NCBI GenBank assembly: GCA_964519445.1
Contig: CAZFIH010000001.1
Coordinates: 2,144-66,143 of the forward strand
DNA: 64,000 bases
Source: an uncultured Bdellovibrionales bacterium
GTDB lineage: Bacteria > Patescibacteriota > Minisyncoccia > Moranbacterales > UBA11712
Reading direction: 5' to 3'
Shown here piece after piece: positions 38,209-47,617 of the stretch. The stretch's first letter is position 1; every line of letters starts with the position of its first letter. Position numbers and translations under genes: made by a program. The notes beneath the pieces are model-generated. The model ran no database searches and was not told the origin of the DNA. It worked only from the letters and a program-made list of their open reading frames with translations.

Positions 38209-40287
38209 TTAATTGAGAAAGATTTTCGCATCCGGTATCTCGTATCGGTTTCCATCATTATAAAGGATTACGGGGTTAATATCAATTTGTGAAATATCCG
38301 GATTTTCGGCGGCCATATCGCTGATTCCTTGGGCAATTTCCATGATTTCAGCGAGTTTATAGCCCGCCTTCCCCCGAAAACCTCGAAGAACCGGGAATAT
38401 CTGGAGTTTTGCCAGCTTTCTTTTGATTTCTTGATCCAAAAAGGGGGGGATGAGAAGGATCCGGTCTTTGAATATTTCAGTGAAAGTGCCGCCCCATCCA
38501 GCCAAAATCACCGGTCCGAATATCGGATCTCTCTTGAGGCCCAAAATCATTTCAAGCCCCTGATCCATTTGAGACTGAACCAGAAATCTTTTAGATTTCG
38601 TGCCCCGTTTCATCTTTCGAAACTCCGACCGCAGCTCTTTTTCATTTTGGATATTGAGCTTGACCGCCTTTTTCTCCCAGCGGTGGACAATTTGGGAATC
38701 GTCTGTTTTGAGGACGGCCGGGAAGGAAATTTGTTGAGTCATTTTTTTGGGAATTGAAGCAAGGGATAGGGAATCAGCCAGGCGAATTCCGTATTTTTCC
38801 AATACTTCGCGCGTTTCGTCCCAGAAAAGCAGCCTCCTTTTTTCTTTTCTCGCTTCTTGAATGAGCGAGTTGACTTTGAGTTTGAGATGAATTTCTTTTT
38901 TTCCGGGAACGGGAGAAATTTTTGTTTTGTTTTTTTGGTATCCGATCAGCTTTTCCAAGGCCAGGAGCGCTCTTTGAGGGCTGCCGAAATTGGCAATTCC
39001 CGAGGATCGAAGAATTTGCGAAGCTGCTTCAATTTTTTTTCCGCCCAAGAAAGACGCGGAAAGGCAGGGAATTGTTTTTCGGTATTTTTTGAGCAGCAAA
39101 GCCACTTTCTCCGGTTCGGTCTGGGTTTGAGGGGTGAGAAGGACGAGAACCGGGTGCGAGGCCATTTTTTTCGCGATGATTTCCAGAACAAATTGGTAGC
39201 GATCCGGCGTCGCGTCACCGATGATGTCAACGGGATTTCTGACCGATGCGCTTGGCGGCAGTTTTTTTCGGAGTTCTTTTTTGGCGGGATCAGGAATTTT
39301 CAAAAGTTTCAAGAATTTTGAATTGCCAATGAAATCGGAGGCTATCACTCCCGGCCCTCCGGCATTTGTCACAATCAGGACATCTTTTTTCGCAAAAATT
39401 CCGCCGGAGTTCAAAAAATAAATGACGTCTTGAAATTCTTCGATATTTTTGGCTTCGATAAGATTCAGTTTTTCAAACACGGCTTCAGCAACAGCCTCGT
39501 CTTGAGCCAGAGATCCGGTATGCGAAGAAACGGCTTGCTGTCCTGTTTTCGTTTTTCCGGCTTTCAATATAACGACCGGCTTTCGGGCCGAGATGTTTTG
39601 GGCGATTTGGAGAAATTTTGCTCCCGAAGAAATGTCTTCGACGTATATAGCCACCGCCTTGGTTGATTTGTCGCCGGCCAGGTATTGGAGGATGTCAGCC
39701 TCGTCGAGAACGGCTTTATTGCCTATCGAGATCACCTTGGAAAAGCCGAAGCCGGTCTTTTCTATCCAATCCAAAAAGGCGACCGCCAGAGCTCCGGACT
39801 GGGAAACGATGGCAATATTTCCCGAGCGGAATTTTCCGGAAGTGAAAGTGGCGTTGAGCTTCTTCCGGGGGTTTATGAATCCGAGGCAGTTGGGTCCGAG
39901 GATATTTAGCTTGTGGGTTTCGGCAATTCGCTCCAGATCATTTTCCAGTTTTTTCCCGTTTTCCCCTGTTTCTTTGAAGCCCGAGGAAATCACGACAAAA
40001 TTTTCAATTTTCGGATCGGATTCAGCTCCGTCTTTGAGTATTTGTCCGACAAAAGCGGAAGGGATGGCCACCAAAACAAGATCCACGTTTTTTTTGATCG
40101 TTTTGAGGCCGGGATAGCACTTATATTTCCCAACCCGCTTGTACTTCGAATTGACGCAGTATATTTTTCCCTTCCAGCCGCTCTCCACGAGATTCCGAAG
40201 AAGAACATTGCCCATTTTTTCTTTTCCGGGAGAAGCGCCGACAATGGCGATTGATTTGGGAGCAAAAAATTTATTGAGATTTTTCAT
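38209..40287 (-). CDS. acetyl-CoA synthetase (ADP-forming), fused alpha/beta (NDP-forming acyl-CoA synthetase family)
   Basis: N-terminal CoA-binding domain (KSIAIVGAS), succinyl-CoA-synthetase-like flavodoxin domain, C-terminal ATP-grasp. 692 aa. Confidence 0.85.
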   Translation of the reverse strand: MKNLNKFFAPKSIAIVGASPGKEKMGNVLLRNLVESGWKGKIYCVNSKYKRVGKYKCYPGLKTIKKNVDLVLVAIPSAFVGQILKDGAESDPKIENFVVISSGFKETGENGKKLENDLERIAETHKLNILGPNCLGFINPRKKLNATFTSGKFRSGNIAIVSQSGALAVAFLDWIEKTGFGFSKVISIGNKAVLDEADILQYLAGDKSTKAVAIYVEDISSGAKFLQIAQNISARKPVVILKAGKTKTGQQAVSSHTGSLAQDEAVAEAVFEKLNLIEAKNIEEFQDVIYFLNSGGIFAKKDVLIVTNAGGPGVIASDFIGNSKFLKLLKIPDPAKKELRKKLPPSASVRNPVDIIGDATPDRYQFVLEIIAKKMASHPVLVLLTPQTQTEPEKVALLLKKYRKTIPCLSASFLGGKKIEAASQILRSSGIANFGSPQRALLALEKLIGYQKNKTKISPVPGKKEIHLKLKVNSLIQEARKEKRRLLFWDETREVLEKYGIRLADSLSLASIPKKMTQQISFPAVLKTDDSQIVHRWEKKAVKLNIQNEKELRSEFRKMKRGTKSKRFLVQSQMDQGLEMILGLKRDPIFGPVILAGWGGTFTEIFKDRILLIPPFLDQEIKRKLAKLQIFPVLRGFRGKAGYKLAEIMEIAQGISDMAAENPDISQIDINPVILYNDGNRYEIPDAKIFLN

Positions 40288-40388
40288 GGGAATATTTTGC
40301 TTTTTTTCACTTGACTGTCTTTAAGATAGCACAAAAAAATAGAATTGCGAACCTAAAGAGCCAGTTTCTTTTCTTTCTATCTCGGCGG

Positions 40389-41267
40389 TCAGTCGGTGAA
40401 TTTTTTGATGCATTTGTTGAAGGCGGCCGCTTCCAAATTGTACTCCTTGATCAGGTCCTGGGTTTCCTTGACGAGCGTATTATACTTCCTCACTTTGGCG
40501 TTATAGTCGTCTATCGCCTCGGAATAGTCGGGATCTCGTGGCCGGAGAGATTCGGCTTCGTCCCTTTCGGATTCCAGTTCCTCGGAGAGATTTTCTATTT
40601 TTTCGATGTTGGATTCGATGATTTTTTTCTTTTTCGAGCTGGCGCGGGGGCAGTCGGAAAGAGGCGTTCCAAATTCCTGAACGGCGAACCAGGTCTTTTT
40701 TCCCTGGTATTTTCCCTCCAGGACGGCCACTCCGATTTCGTGAAACCCCTTGTTTAGAATATTTTCCCGATGTCCGGGACTGGCCATCCAGGCTTCCAAA
40801 AGCTCTTTGTCGTTGGCAAAGTTGCCCATGGCCAGATTTTCTCCTATGGAAATATATTCATAGCCGGCCTTCTCTGCCAGGTCTTGGGGACCGTTTCCTG
40901 AAGGAGATACGTGATCAAAGTACTGATTTTCAAGCATATCCTCTGCCTTTGCCATCGCCGCTTCGTTAAGATCCTGGTTTTCCGTAAGATTGGGCAGTCC
41001 GTTTTCATTGCGGTTTCTGTTTGTCCATTCGATAGTCCCGGAATGAGTGAGAACCGGATTGGGAGATTCTTTCTCTGACTTGAGGGGCGGAGGAGTGGAA
41101 ATATTGACTTCGATGTCCGCAACGGCTTCACCTATGCTGCCTTTCCGCAGAGTGTCCAACTGGCGGGTTGAATTGGTGATATACTGATCGATTTGTGGTT
41201 CCAAAAGAATCCACCCCATTATTAAAAGGAATATGACCAAATAGACAAAAGTTCTTCTTGCAAACAT
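40389..41267 (-). CDS. membrane-anchored CAP (SCP/PR-1-like) domain protein
   Basis: CAP signature MASPGHRENIL. N-terminal TM. Confidence 0.6.
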   Translation of the reverse strand: MFARRTFVYLVIFLLIMGWILLEPQIDQYITNSTRQLDTLRKGSIGEAVADIEVNISTPPPLKSEKESPNPVLTHSGTIEWTNRNRNENGLPNLTENQDLNEAAMAKAEDMLENQYFDHVSPSGNGPQDLAEKAGYEYISIGENLAMGNFANDKELLEAWMASPGHRENILNKGFHEIGVAVLEGKYQGKKTWFAVQEFGTPLSDCPRASSKKKKIIESNIEKIENLSEELESERDEAESLRPRDPDYSEAIDDYNAKVRKYNTLVKETQDLIKEYNLEAAAFNKCIKKFTD

Positions 41268-41278
41268 AGGATTTTATT

Positions 41279-41686
41279 TTAGGGCAGTTGTTCGTCTTTG
41301 GCTCTGAATCTCAAAGCAATTGAATTGACGCAGTATCTTTTCCCGGTCGGTGGCGGGCCATCCAAAAATACATGACCCAGGTGCGAACCGCAGCGGGCGC
41401 AAATCACTTCCGTGCGGCGCATCCCGCGGGAAATGTCTTCCTTCTCTTTCAGATGGCCCGGTTTCAAAGGCTCGAAATAGCTCGGCCAGCCGGTCCCTGA
41501 TTCAAATTTGCTTTTTGAAGCGAAGAGAGGCAAATCGCAGGCGGCGCAATGATATATTCCTTTGCCCAAATTTGGCCAAGCGCAGGAAAATGGCGCCTCG
41601 GTACCCTTTTGGCGCATTACCTTAAACTGCTCGGGAGTGAGTATTTTTTTCCACTCCTCTTCGGATTTTCGGATTTTTTTGATCAT
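41279..41686 (-). CDS. msrB: peptide-methionine (R)-S-oxide reductase MsrB
   Basis: Two CxxC pairs plus RCGSHLGHVF and the catalytic RYCVNS. Confidence 0.9.
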   Translation of the reverse strand: MIKKIRKSEEEWKKILTPEQFKVMRQKGTEAPFSCAWPNLGKGIYHCAACDLPLFASKSKFESGTGWPSYFEPLKPGHLKEKEDISRGMRRTEVICARCGSHLGHVFLDGPPPTGKRYCVNSIALRFRAKDEQLP

Positions 41687-41747
41687 GGAAGTTATACTTT
41701 GTCCCGGCAGAGTATAATACGCCGACTAAAATCGTTAAATTCCCTTT

Positions 41748-42059
41748 TTATGGATACAAGAACAAGATCAAAAGAAGAATAACCAAAAAAAGAATCAGCC
41801 AGCTGACAGTCAATATGAAAAGTTGAAGGGCTTCCTTCTTTTTTCCTTCGAGATAAAGAAGGGCCGGTTTTCCCAAAATTAGGGCCCCGGAAATGGCGGC
41901 CGAAACAACGAAAAGTAAAAGGGCGGCAATGATGCCGAAAATGCCGGGTTTGGCGCCAAATATTTCATCTCCATATCTCAAAACAAGAGAGATAAGAAAA
42001 ATATACGCTACTTGAGAAAGCGCGGCAAAAAAAGAGAATGTTAGTAATTTTTTTTCCAT
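41748..42059 (-). CDS. small multi-TM membrane protein (hypothetical; start trimmed to MEKK)
   Basis: Hydropathy only. Confidence 0.35.
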   Translation of the reverse strand: MEKKLLTFSFFAALSQVAYIFLISLVLRYGDEIFGAKPGIFGIIAALLLFVVSAAISGALILGKPALLYLEGKKKEALQLFILTVSWLILFLVILLLILFLYP

Positions 42060-42069
42060 AAATGAATAT

Positions 42070-42459
42070 TTAGGTTTTTTTATGCAATACTTCTTCGACC
42101 ATATGCGCCATTTTTTTTGGATCAAACTGGGACTTTATCAAGTAGAAACTGGTGTCATATTTTCCCACTTTTTTGACGATTTCCATATTATCAACATTGG
42201 TCATGATAATCACAGGAAGGCCGGACAATTCGCTGTCGCTGCGAATTTTTTGGAGGAGTTCTAATCCATCCATTCTGGGTATGATAAGATCCAGCAAGAT
42301 GGCGTCGGGCTTGTCGGATTTCAAGACTCGGAGACCTTCTTCGCCGTCGGCGGCCGTGGTCACCCGATAGCCTTTCTTTTTGAGGACTGTTTCGTAAATT
42401 TCTCGAATGGCGTCCTCGTCTTCAATGATGCATATTTTCTTTTTTCGAGTTTTTTGCAT
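42070..42459 (-). CDS. stand-alone CheY-like response regulator receiver (start trimmed to MQKTRKKK)
   Basis: ICIIEDE, DLIIPRMDG and PVIIMT receiver motifs. Confidence 0.7.
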   Translation of the reverse strand: MQKTRKKKICIIEDEDAIREIYETVLKKKGYRVTTAADGEEGLRVLKSDKPDAILLDLIIPRMDGLELLQKIRSDSELSGLPVIIMTNVDNMEIVKKVGKYDTSFYLIKSQFDPKKMAHMVEEVLHKKT

Positions 42460-42511
42460 AGGCAGTTTTTTTTGATAAAATTTTCCAAAAATAATTTTTG
42501 CAAGGCAAGCA

Positions 42512-43753
42512 TCAGAACCGGCAGCCGTGCTCAAGGAGGAAATTTCTGGCTGCCGCGGTGCCGTCGAGATTAGCGATGAATTCGGCCATGTTATTTTCGT
42601 CGCGAAGGTAGGTCGTTTTGGTGGCCTTTCTCATTTCGGTGGCGTATTTTCGAAACTGGGTTTTGAAATCCCCTTTTCCGATAAATCGGTACCAGGAAAC
42701 CATAGTCGCCTTTTGGCAGTCCGTCTTGAACCAGTCTTCCTTTCCGTACGTCGGAGCCGGCGGCATAATTGAATTGAATTCAACAAGATTTTGATTTCCC
42801 GTTCTGTCGTCTATGCTCGACTGAAATGATTCAATTGTCCCCTCGCCGCAAATGTATTCCGGAAACATGGACCAGACGACGTTTCCCACTTGTTCCTCGA
42901 ACCAGTTGGGGAGATAAAAAAAGTAATCCTTATCGGGCTTAATTTTGATTTGCGAAAAATTGTGGTTGATTTCATGGATCATATCCTGGCTGATATAACA
43001 GTTTTCCGGCCAGGCGTAAGAAATGGCGACTTTATCGGTGCTCCCGGGGCGATAATACGTTTTCTTTTCCGGTTTGAATTGGGTAAAGCGAAGAATTCCG
43101 GTCGTATTTTCAAAGTAGCCATAGGCAAAGCCTCCAAAAGGGAGCTCATGCCCTTCGTTGATTTTGTCATAGTGGTCCAGATATATATGTAGAGCCGGAT
43201 ACGGGGCCACAGACTTGCCGATGAAAGAGAGATCTGAAAATCCGTAAATATCCATCATGGTCGGAACAGTGACTTGATCCGTGAATTTGGCCGCGTTTAG
43301 GATATAGCCGGCATCCATTTCCGCCTGATGCGACGTCACGTCGAAAAAAACGTTCTCTCCATAGAGGATGATTCGCTCGGCCGATTTGGCCTCAAGCACT
43401 GTCGCGATTTCCCGCTCATTGGCGGCATAGAGATTGGCGCAAAAAAGAGTTTTTCCGGGGTAGGGGCCGTCCGAAGTGTACCAATAAAGATCGTCGCAAT
43501 CAATTTTTCTTGACCTTACCGCGGAACCCGGCTCTTGAATAGGATAATTTCTCGGCGGGCTGGCATTGAAAAGAATATTTTTTTCATCTTTCTTGCTTCT
43601 CAAGCCTCTAAAAAAACTGCCAACAAGACCAATATCCAAAAAAGTCAGGCTCTGGAGAAGAAGCAGGACAATCAGACATCCCGCGACAAGAAGTGAGCAT
43701 CCGCAACAGGAATATTTCAGACAACTGTCTTTTTTTGTTGATTTTTCTTTCAT
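42512..43753 (-). CDS. secreted protein with HExxH motif (putative zincin-like metallopeptidase; hypothetical)
   Basis: Signal anchor at MKEKSTKK.... HEINH motif in the C-terminal half. Confidence 0.4.
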   Translation of the reverse strand: MKEKSTKKDSCLKYSCCGCSLLVAGCLIVLLLLQSLTFLDIGLVGSFFRGLRSKKDEKNILFNASPPRNYPIQEPGSAVRSRKIDCDDLYWYTSDGPYPGKTLFCANLYAANEREIATVLEAKSAERIILYGENVFFDVTSHQAEMDAGYILNAAKFTDQVTVPTMMDIYGFSDLSFIGKSVAPYPALHIYLDHYDKINEGHELPFGGFAYGYFENTTGILRFTQFKPEKKTYYRPGSTDKVAISYAWPENCYISQDMIHEINHNFSQIKIKPDKDYFFYLPNWFEEQVGNVVWSMFPEYICGEGTIESFQSSIDDRTGNQNLVEFNSIMPPAPTYGKEDWFKTDCQKATMVSWYRFIGKGDFKTQFRKYATEMRKATKTTYLRDENNMAEFIANLDGTAAARNFLLEHGCRF

Positions 43754-43877
43754 TCTGCTTGATCTAAGAATAGCAAATATTCCGCGTTTCTTCAATGAAA
43801 ATGCCGGGCCCATGAACTTCTGTAAAATATTTTCACGACTATAGCGTAAAAAGAAATATAACTATTTTCGCAAAAAT

Positions 43878-45002
43878 ATGAGCAATGACATTCAAAAAGA
43901 CTGGTGGATCTTTCCGGGATTCAAAGTAGAGAAAAAAGTTTCTGATCTCAAACTGCCTGTCAATCTGGCTTTTGTTCCGAAACCCAAGTCCGGAAAGTCG
44001 ACGCCGCTTCTTTACGTCACTGAACTATACGGTCAAGTGAAGGCTATTTCACGGGACTGGAAAACGCATACCTTCGCAAAGAATCTCCTAAACTTCAAGC
44101 CGAGCCGCAAATTTCCGGGTACCGGAGAATCCGGCGTCACCGGCATATGCGTTGAACCCGAAACGGGCGATGTTTTCGTTTCTCTTATATACGAAGACAA
44201 GGAGGACAGAAAAAACAAGATCAAGAACAAATTATTGCGGATGAAAAGCAAAGACGGTCTCAAGATGGATTCGACCGAGACAATCATGGAAGGCATACCT
44301 TCCACGACCCGTGCCCATCAAATCCAGGCGCTTTCAATCGGATTTGACGGCAAACTCTATGTCAATGTCGGCGACGGCGGCTCTTGGCGCGAAGCTCCCC
44401 AGAACCTGAAGGACCTGCGCGGGAAGATACTCCGGATGAATCTGGACGGATCAATTCCGAAAGACAATCCCTATTCGAGTAGTTGCGTCTATGCCCGCGG
44501 ATTCCGCAATCCTTTCGGAGCGGCTTGGAGAAAAAAAGACAAATCACTCTACGTTTCCATCAACGGTCCGGCGGTTGATGATGTGATAGCGAAAGTGAAG
44601 CCAAAGGGGAATCACGGCTGGTATGGCGATATGCGAAAAAACGCTCTCTTCTGGTGGCATTTTACCCAAGCTCCGACGGCCTTGGCATTCAGTGACGGAA
44701 ATCAATTTCCAAAAAGGTACCGGGACGAAATGTTCGTGGCCCTTTTTGGAAATTCCTATCAGGAAGGCCGGTCCGTCAAAGGCAAAAAAATCGTCAAGAT
44801 GGCCATCAATTCGGACGCCACGGCAGTGAAATCCTATGATGAGTTTGTGACCTATGTCGGCGAAGGCGCCGCTTCGCCCTGCGGTTTGGCTTTCGGCCCG
44901 GAGGGCCTCTATTTCACTGATCTATTCGGCGGCCATGTTTTTCTGGTGAAGCCGATCGAAGGCTACGATTTTAGCATCGAGACTGAACACGTTTTTGCCT
45001 GA
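43878..45002 (+). CDS. glucose/sorbosone dehydrogenase-like beta-propeller protein
   Basis: ARGFRNPFG motif and beta-propeller repeats. A terminator follows. Confidence 0.6.
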   Translation: MSNDIQKDWWIFPGFKVEKKVSDLKLPVNLAFVPKPKSGKSTPLLYVTELYGQVKAISRDWKTHTFAKNLLNFKPSRKFPGTGESGVTGICVEPETGDVFVSLIYEDKEDRKNKIKNKLLRMKSKDGLKMDSTETIMEGIPSTTRAHQIQALSIGFDGKLYVNVGDGGSWREAPQNLKDLRGKILRMNLDGSIPKDNPYSSSCVYARGFRNPFGAAWRKKDKSLYVSINGPAVDDVIAKVKPKGNHGWYGDMRKNALFWWHFTQAPTALAFSDGNQFPKRYRDEMFVALFGNSYQEGRSVKGKKIVKMAINSDATAVKSYDEFVTYVGEGAASPCGLAFGPEGLYFTDLFGGHVFLVKPIEGYDFSIETEHVFA

Positions 45003-45007
45003 AAAAA

Positions 45008-45049
45008 GAAAAACCGGGTTTCCTGTTTCGGAAATCCGGTTTTTTTTGA
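45008..45049 (+). terminator. intrinsic terminator (AACCGGGTTTCC / GGAAATCCGGTT plus T8)
   Basis: 12-bp stem with one G.U pair, then TTTTTTTT. Confidence 0.7.
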
Positions 45050-45071
45050 ATTTAGCACGATTTTCAAATTT

Positions 45072-45485
45072 TCAAATGGACTGTTGTCGCCTGTTATTAT
45101 CAGGTAAAAGAGGCAACGGCTGTTCCGGGATAGGGTCCTGCGGCAGATCCGGTAAAAAATCATCAAATTCATCAGCCAGTATTATATACACATTCAGATT
45201 CTCTATGAAAGCCATGCTTTTCATTTCATTCTCTTCGCGAATTCTCTTTTGGAGAGAATGAAAGAAAATATCAATCGATCTTGCAGCTGCTAGATCGATG
45301 CTTGCTGGATGATTATTTTTGAATTCAACCCTCACTTCGAATTCCGATGAGCTTACAAGCACATCGGAATTTTTTTGTACGATTTGAGAATAGAAGTATG
45401 CACCGGCACAAAAAATCAATATGTAGATAAAAATACTTTCGAAACTCGGTCCGTGCTTCTCAAACGTACTAATTTGCTCTTCCAT
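45072..45485 (-). CDS. hypothetical single-TM protein
   Basis: ORF only. Confidence 0.35.
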   Translation of the reverse strand: MEEQISTFEKHGPSFESIFIYILIFCAGAYFYSQIVQKNSDVLVSSSEFEVRVEFKNNHPASIDLAAARSIDIFFHSLQKRIREENEMKSMAFIENLNVYIILADEFDDFLPDLPQDPIPEQPLPLLPDNNRRQQSI

Positions 45486-45724
45486 AACAGCCCCCTCTCA
45501 ATTAGATTAAAATGGATACCAAATGCCCAGGACATTGTGAATCCCCAGTCACCATACCAAAATGACTATGGAAATGACGATTGTTGTTCCAGCTCTGTTC
45601 CCGAGTTTTCCTGCACGCTTGCTCCCCATTTCGGGCCATCTTCGCATAGTACTTTTTTCGCTTTCCAAGAGGAGAGAAAAAAGACACCCGCGAGGAAAAC
45701 CAGAAAAAGTATCGTTGGCACCAT

Positions 45725-46183
45725 CTATTCTCCCTCATCGGAACCTTGATTTGTTACTTTTTCGCCCAGGAACGCATCCCAGTTTGACCCAAGACACAAA
45801 AGAGAAAATAGCATCATTATAAGAATAACAATCAAAGGAAGATATCCATGTTTAACTAAGGACCCAATTTTAAAATCGAGACCAAGCAAAAGAAACGAGA
45901 AAAAGAATAGCAAGCAGCCGTTTCTGAGCGACCAGTTAATATCACTTTCTCTCGATTGCTCCCATTTAACAGTAAATTCAAGTTTCTTATATTTTTTTCC
46001 ATGGAACACAGCGGCTCGCAACCATCCCAGGCAAACCAGGCTAAATCCAATGACGAATATACCATCAGTAAAATAATTTAGCCCAAAGAGATACGAAGAT
46101 GTCAGTGATTGTAGGGAAGCTATAGAACCAAAAAAGAAAAGATGGAAAACAATATCTTTATTGTGCATAATTATCCCTCTCAA
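45725..46183 (-). CDS. hypothetical polytopic membrane protein
   Basis: ORF and hydropathy only. Confidence 0.35.
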   Translation of the reverse strand: MRGIIMHNKDIVFHLFFFGSIASLQSLTSSYLFGLNYFTDGIFVIGFSLVCLGWLRAAVFHGKKYKKLEFTVKWEQSRESDINWSLRNGCLLFFFSFLLLGLDFKIGSLVKHGYLPLIVILIMMLFSLLCLGSNWDAFLGEKVTNQGSDEGE

Positions 46184-46356
46184 TGATAGATTTTTAAAGA
46201 ATCAGCCCATGAACCATGGGGCTTTGTATTATCCTGCGTTATCCCTTTTTCGTCAAGAAAAATCAAAAAACCCTTTCGGGCTTTTACAAATTTCACAATG
46301 CAAACACAGTCGAGTTTTTCTCGGAGCTTGGAAAGACTACTATTTTTCAACCGAGT

Positions 46357-46614
46357 TTATTCCTCTTCAACGCGGTAGACGGTGGCTCCTTCTTTGGTCG
46401 GATTGGGCAATTTGACGGCAATTTCCTCACCCGCTTTTCCGGATTCGATCGGTTCATGGTTGAGCTGCATTGAGTCAACCTTGAACTCGAACTCATCCTC
46501 ATTGCGGACGATTTTCACCGTATCCCCCACCTTAAGCGGCTCATCCAGCCGAACGACTGCTACCATGGCTTTGTCGTAGTAGTGAATCACTTTTCCGGCT
46601 TCTTTGTCTGCCAT
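46357..46614 (-). CDS. small beta-barrel protein (hypothetical, 85 aa)
   Basis: ORF only. A terminator-like hairpin AAAGCCCGAAAGGGTTTT lies downstream. Confidence 0.4.
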   Translation of the reverse strand: MADKEAGKVIHYYDKAMVAVVRLDEPLKVGDTVKIVRNEDEFEFKVDSMQLNHEPIESGKAGEEIAVKLPNPTKEGATVYRVEEE

Positions 46615-46651
46615 AGCTTTGATTAATTAATTATCTTCAATTATTGAAAGA

Positions 46652-47614
46652 TTACATACTCCTGTCAAGGTCTTTTTTCATCAACAGTCCTTTGGTTGTT
46701 CCGATATGCCCGACGACGCTGGCGCTGTTCACGATTCCCGCCCGAAGGCATTTTTCCAGTTTTTCACCCCTGATATAAAAGCCCAGAAATCCGCCGGCGA
46801 AAGCGTCTCCCGCGCCCGTCACATCCACAATTTTCACTTTTTTAACCGGAGAGTGGATTATTTTTTTTCCGTCGGAAGCCCAGGCCCCTTTTCTGCCATT
46901 TGTAATGGCAATGGTATCAGGACCTAACTTGAATAATATTTTAAATAAATCTTTTTCCGTTTTGACTGCTTTTTTCAGCTTTGAGGCAATTTCAAGCGCT
47001 TCGTTTTTGTTGAGGATAAGCACTTTTGAAATCCGGAGAAGTTTTTTGAGATCTGCAAAATCATCCCGAATCTGGCTGGTGCTCGGGTTCACAATTAAGT
47101 CGGCATTGTATTTCCTCACATAATCCAAAATTTTTTTTGTTTGCTCTCTAATTTTCCCCTTGAGCGACGAAACAAAAATATATCTTGCTCTAAATCGAGG
47201 GAGCGGGGCAAGATTCAAATCGCCTGAAGAATTTTGGGTGAAAATAATCCTTTCTCCGGTTTTCTTGTCGCTCAATATCACGGATAAGGGAGTTTTTCTT
47301 TTTTCTTCCATTCCAATTCCCGTCAGATCTACCTTTTTCTTTTTTAAGTTTTCAATTATCCATTTCCCTTCAAAATCTTTACCAATTGTTGAGAAAAGAA
47401 AAGCCTTTATCCCAAGCTTGCTTAATCCGATTGAAATATCAGTCGCCACCCCCCCAATGCATTGTTGTATTTCATCCGCCCGAATTTTCTCTCCCAGTTC
47501 GAAACCAAGCCATTCGGGGGCCAATTTGTCGCGAGGTGTCTTGAAAACTTTCCCCCGATCGGTGACAAGAAATATGTCTTTTGTGACAGAGCCGACGGCT
47601 ATAAGGTCATACAT
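46652..47614 (-). CDS. PfkB-family carbohydrate/nucleoside kinase (ribokinase-like)
   Basis: N-terminal GG motif, C-terminal DVTGAGDAFAGGF. Confidence 0.8.
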   Translation of the reverse strand: MYDLIAVGSVTKDIFLVTDRGKVFKTPRDKLAPEWLGFELGEKIRADEIQQCIGGVATDISIGLSKLGIKAFLFSTIGKDFEGKWIIENLKKKKVDLTGIGMEEKRKTPLSVILSDKKTGERIIFTQNSSGDLNLAPLPRFRARYIFVSSLKGKIREQTKKILDYVRKYNADLIVNPSTSQIRDDFADLKKLLRISKVLILNKNEALEIASKLKKAVKTEKDLFKILFKLGPDTIAITNGRKGAWASDGKKIIHSPVKKVKIVDVTGAGDAFAGGFLGFYIRGEKLEKCLRAGIVNSASVVGHIGTTKGLLMKKDLDRSM

Positions 47615-47617
47615 AAT

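Noticed and set aside
45502-45738. 78-aa ORF, and an alternative 53-aa membrane ORF, in the 45486-45724 gap
   Set aside because: Neither has convincing support beyond a weak SD. They are left unannotated.
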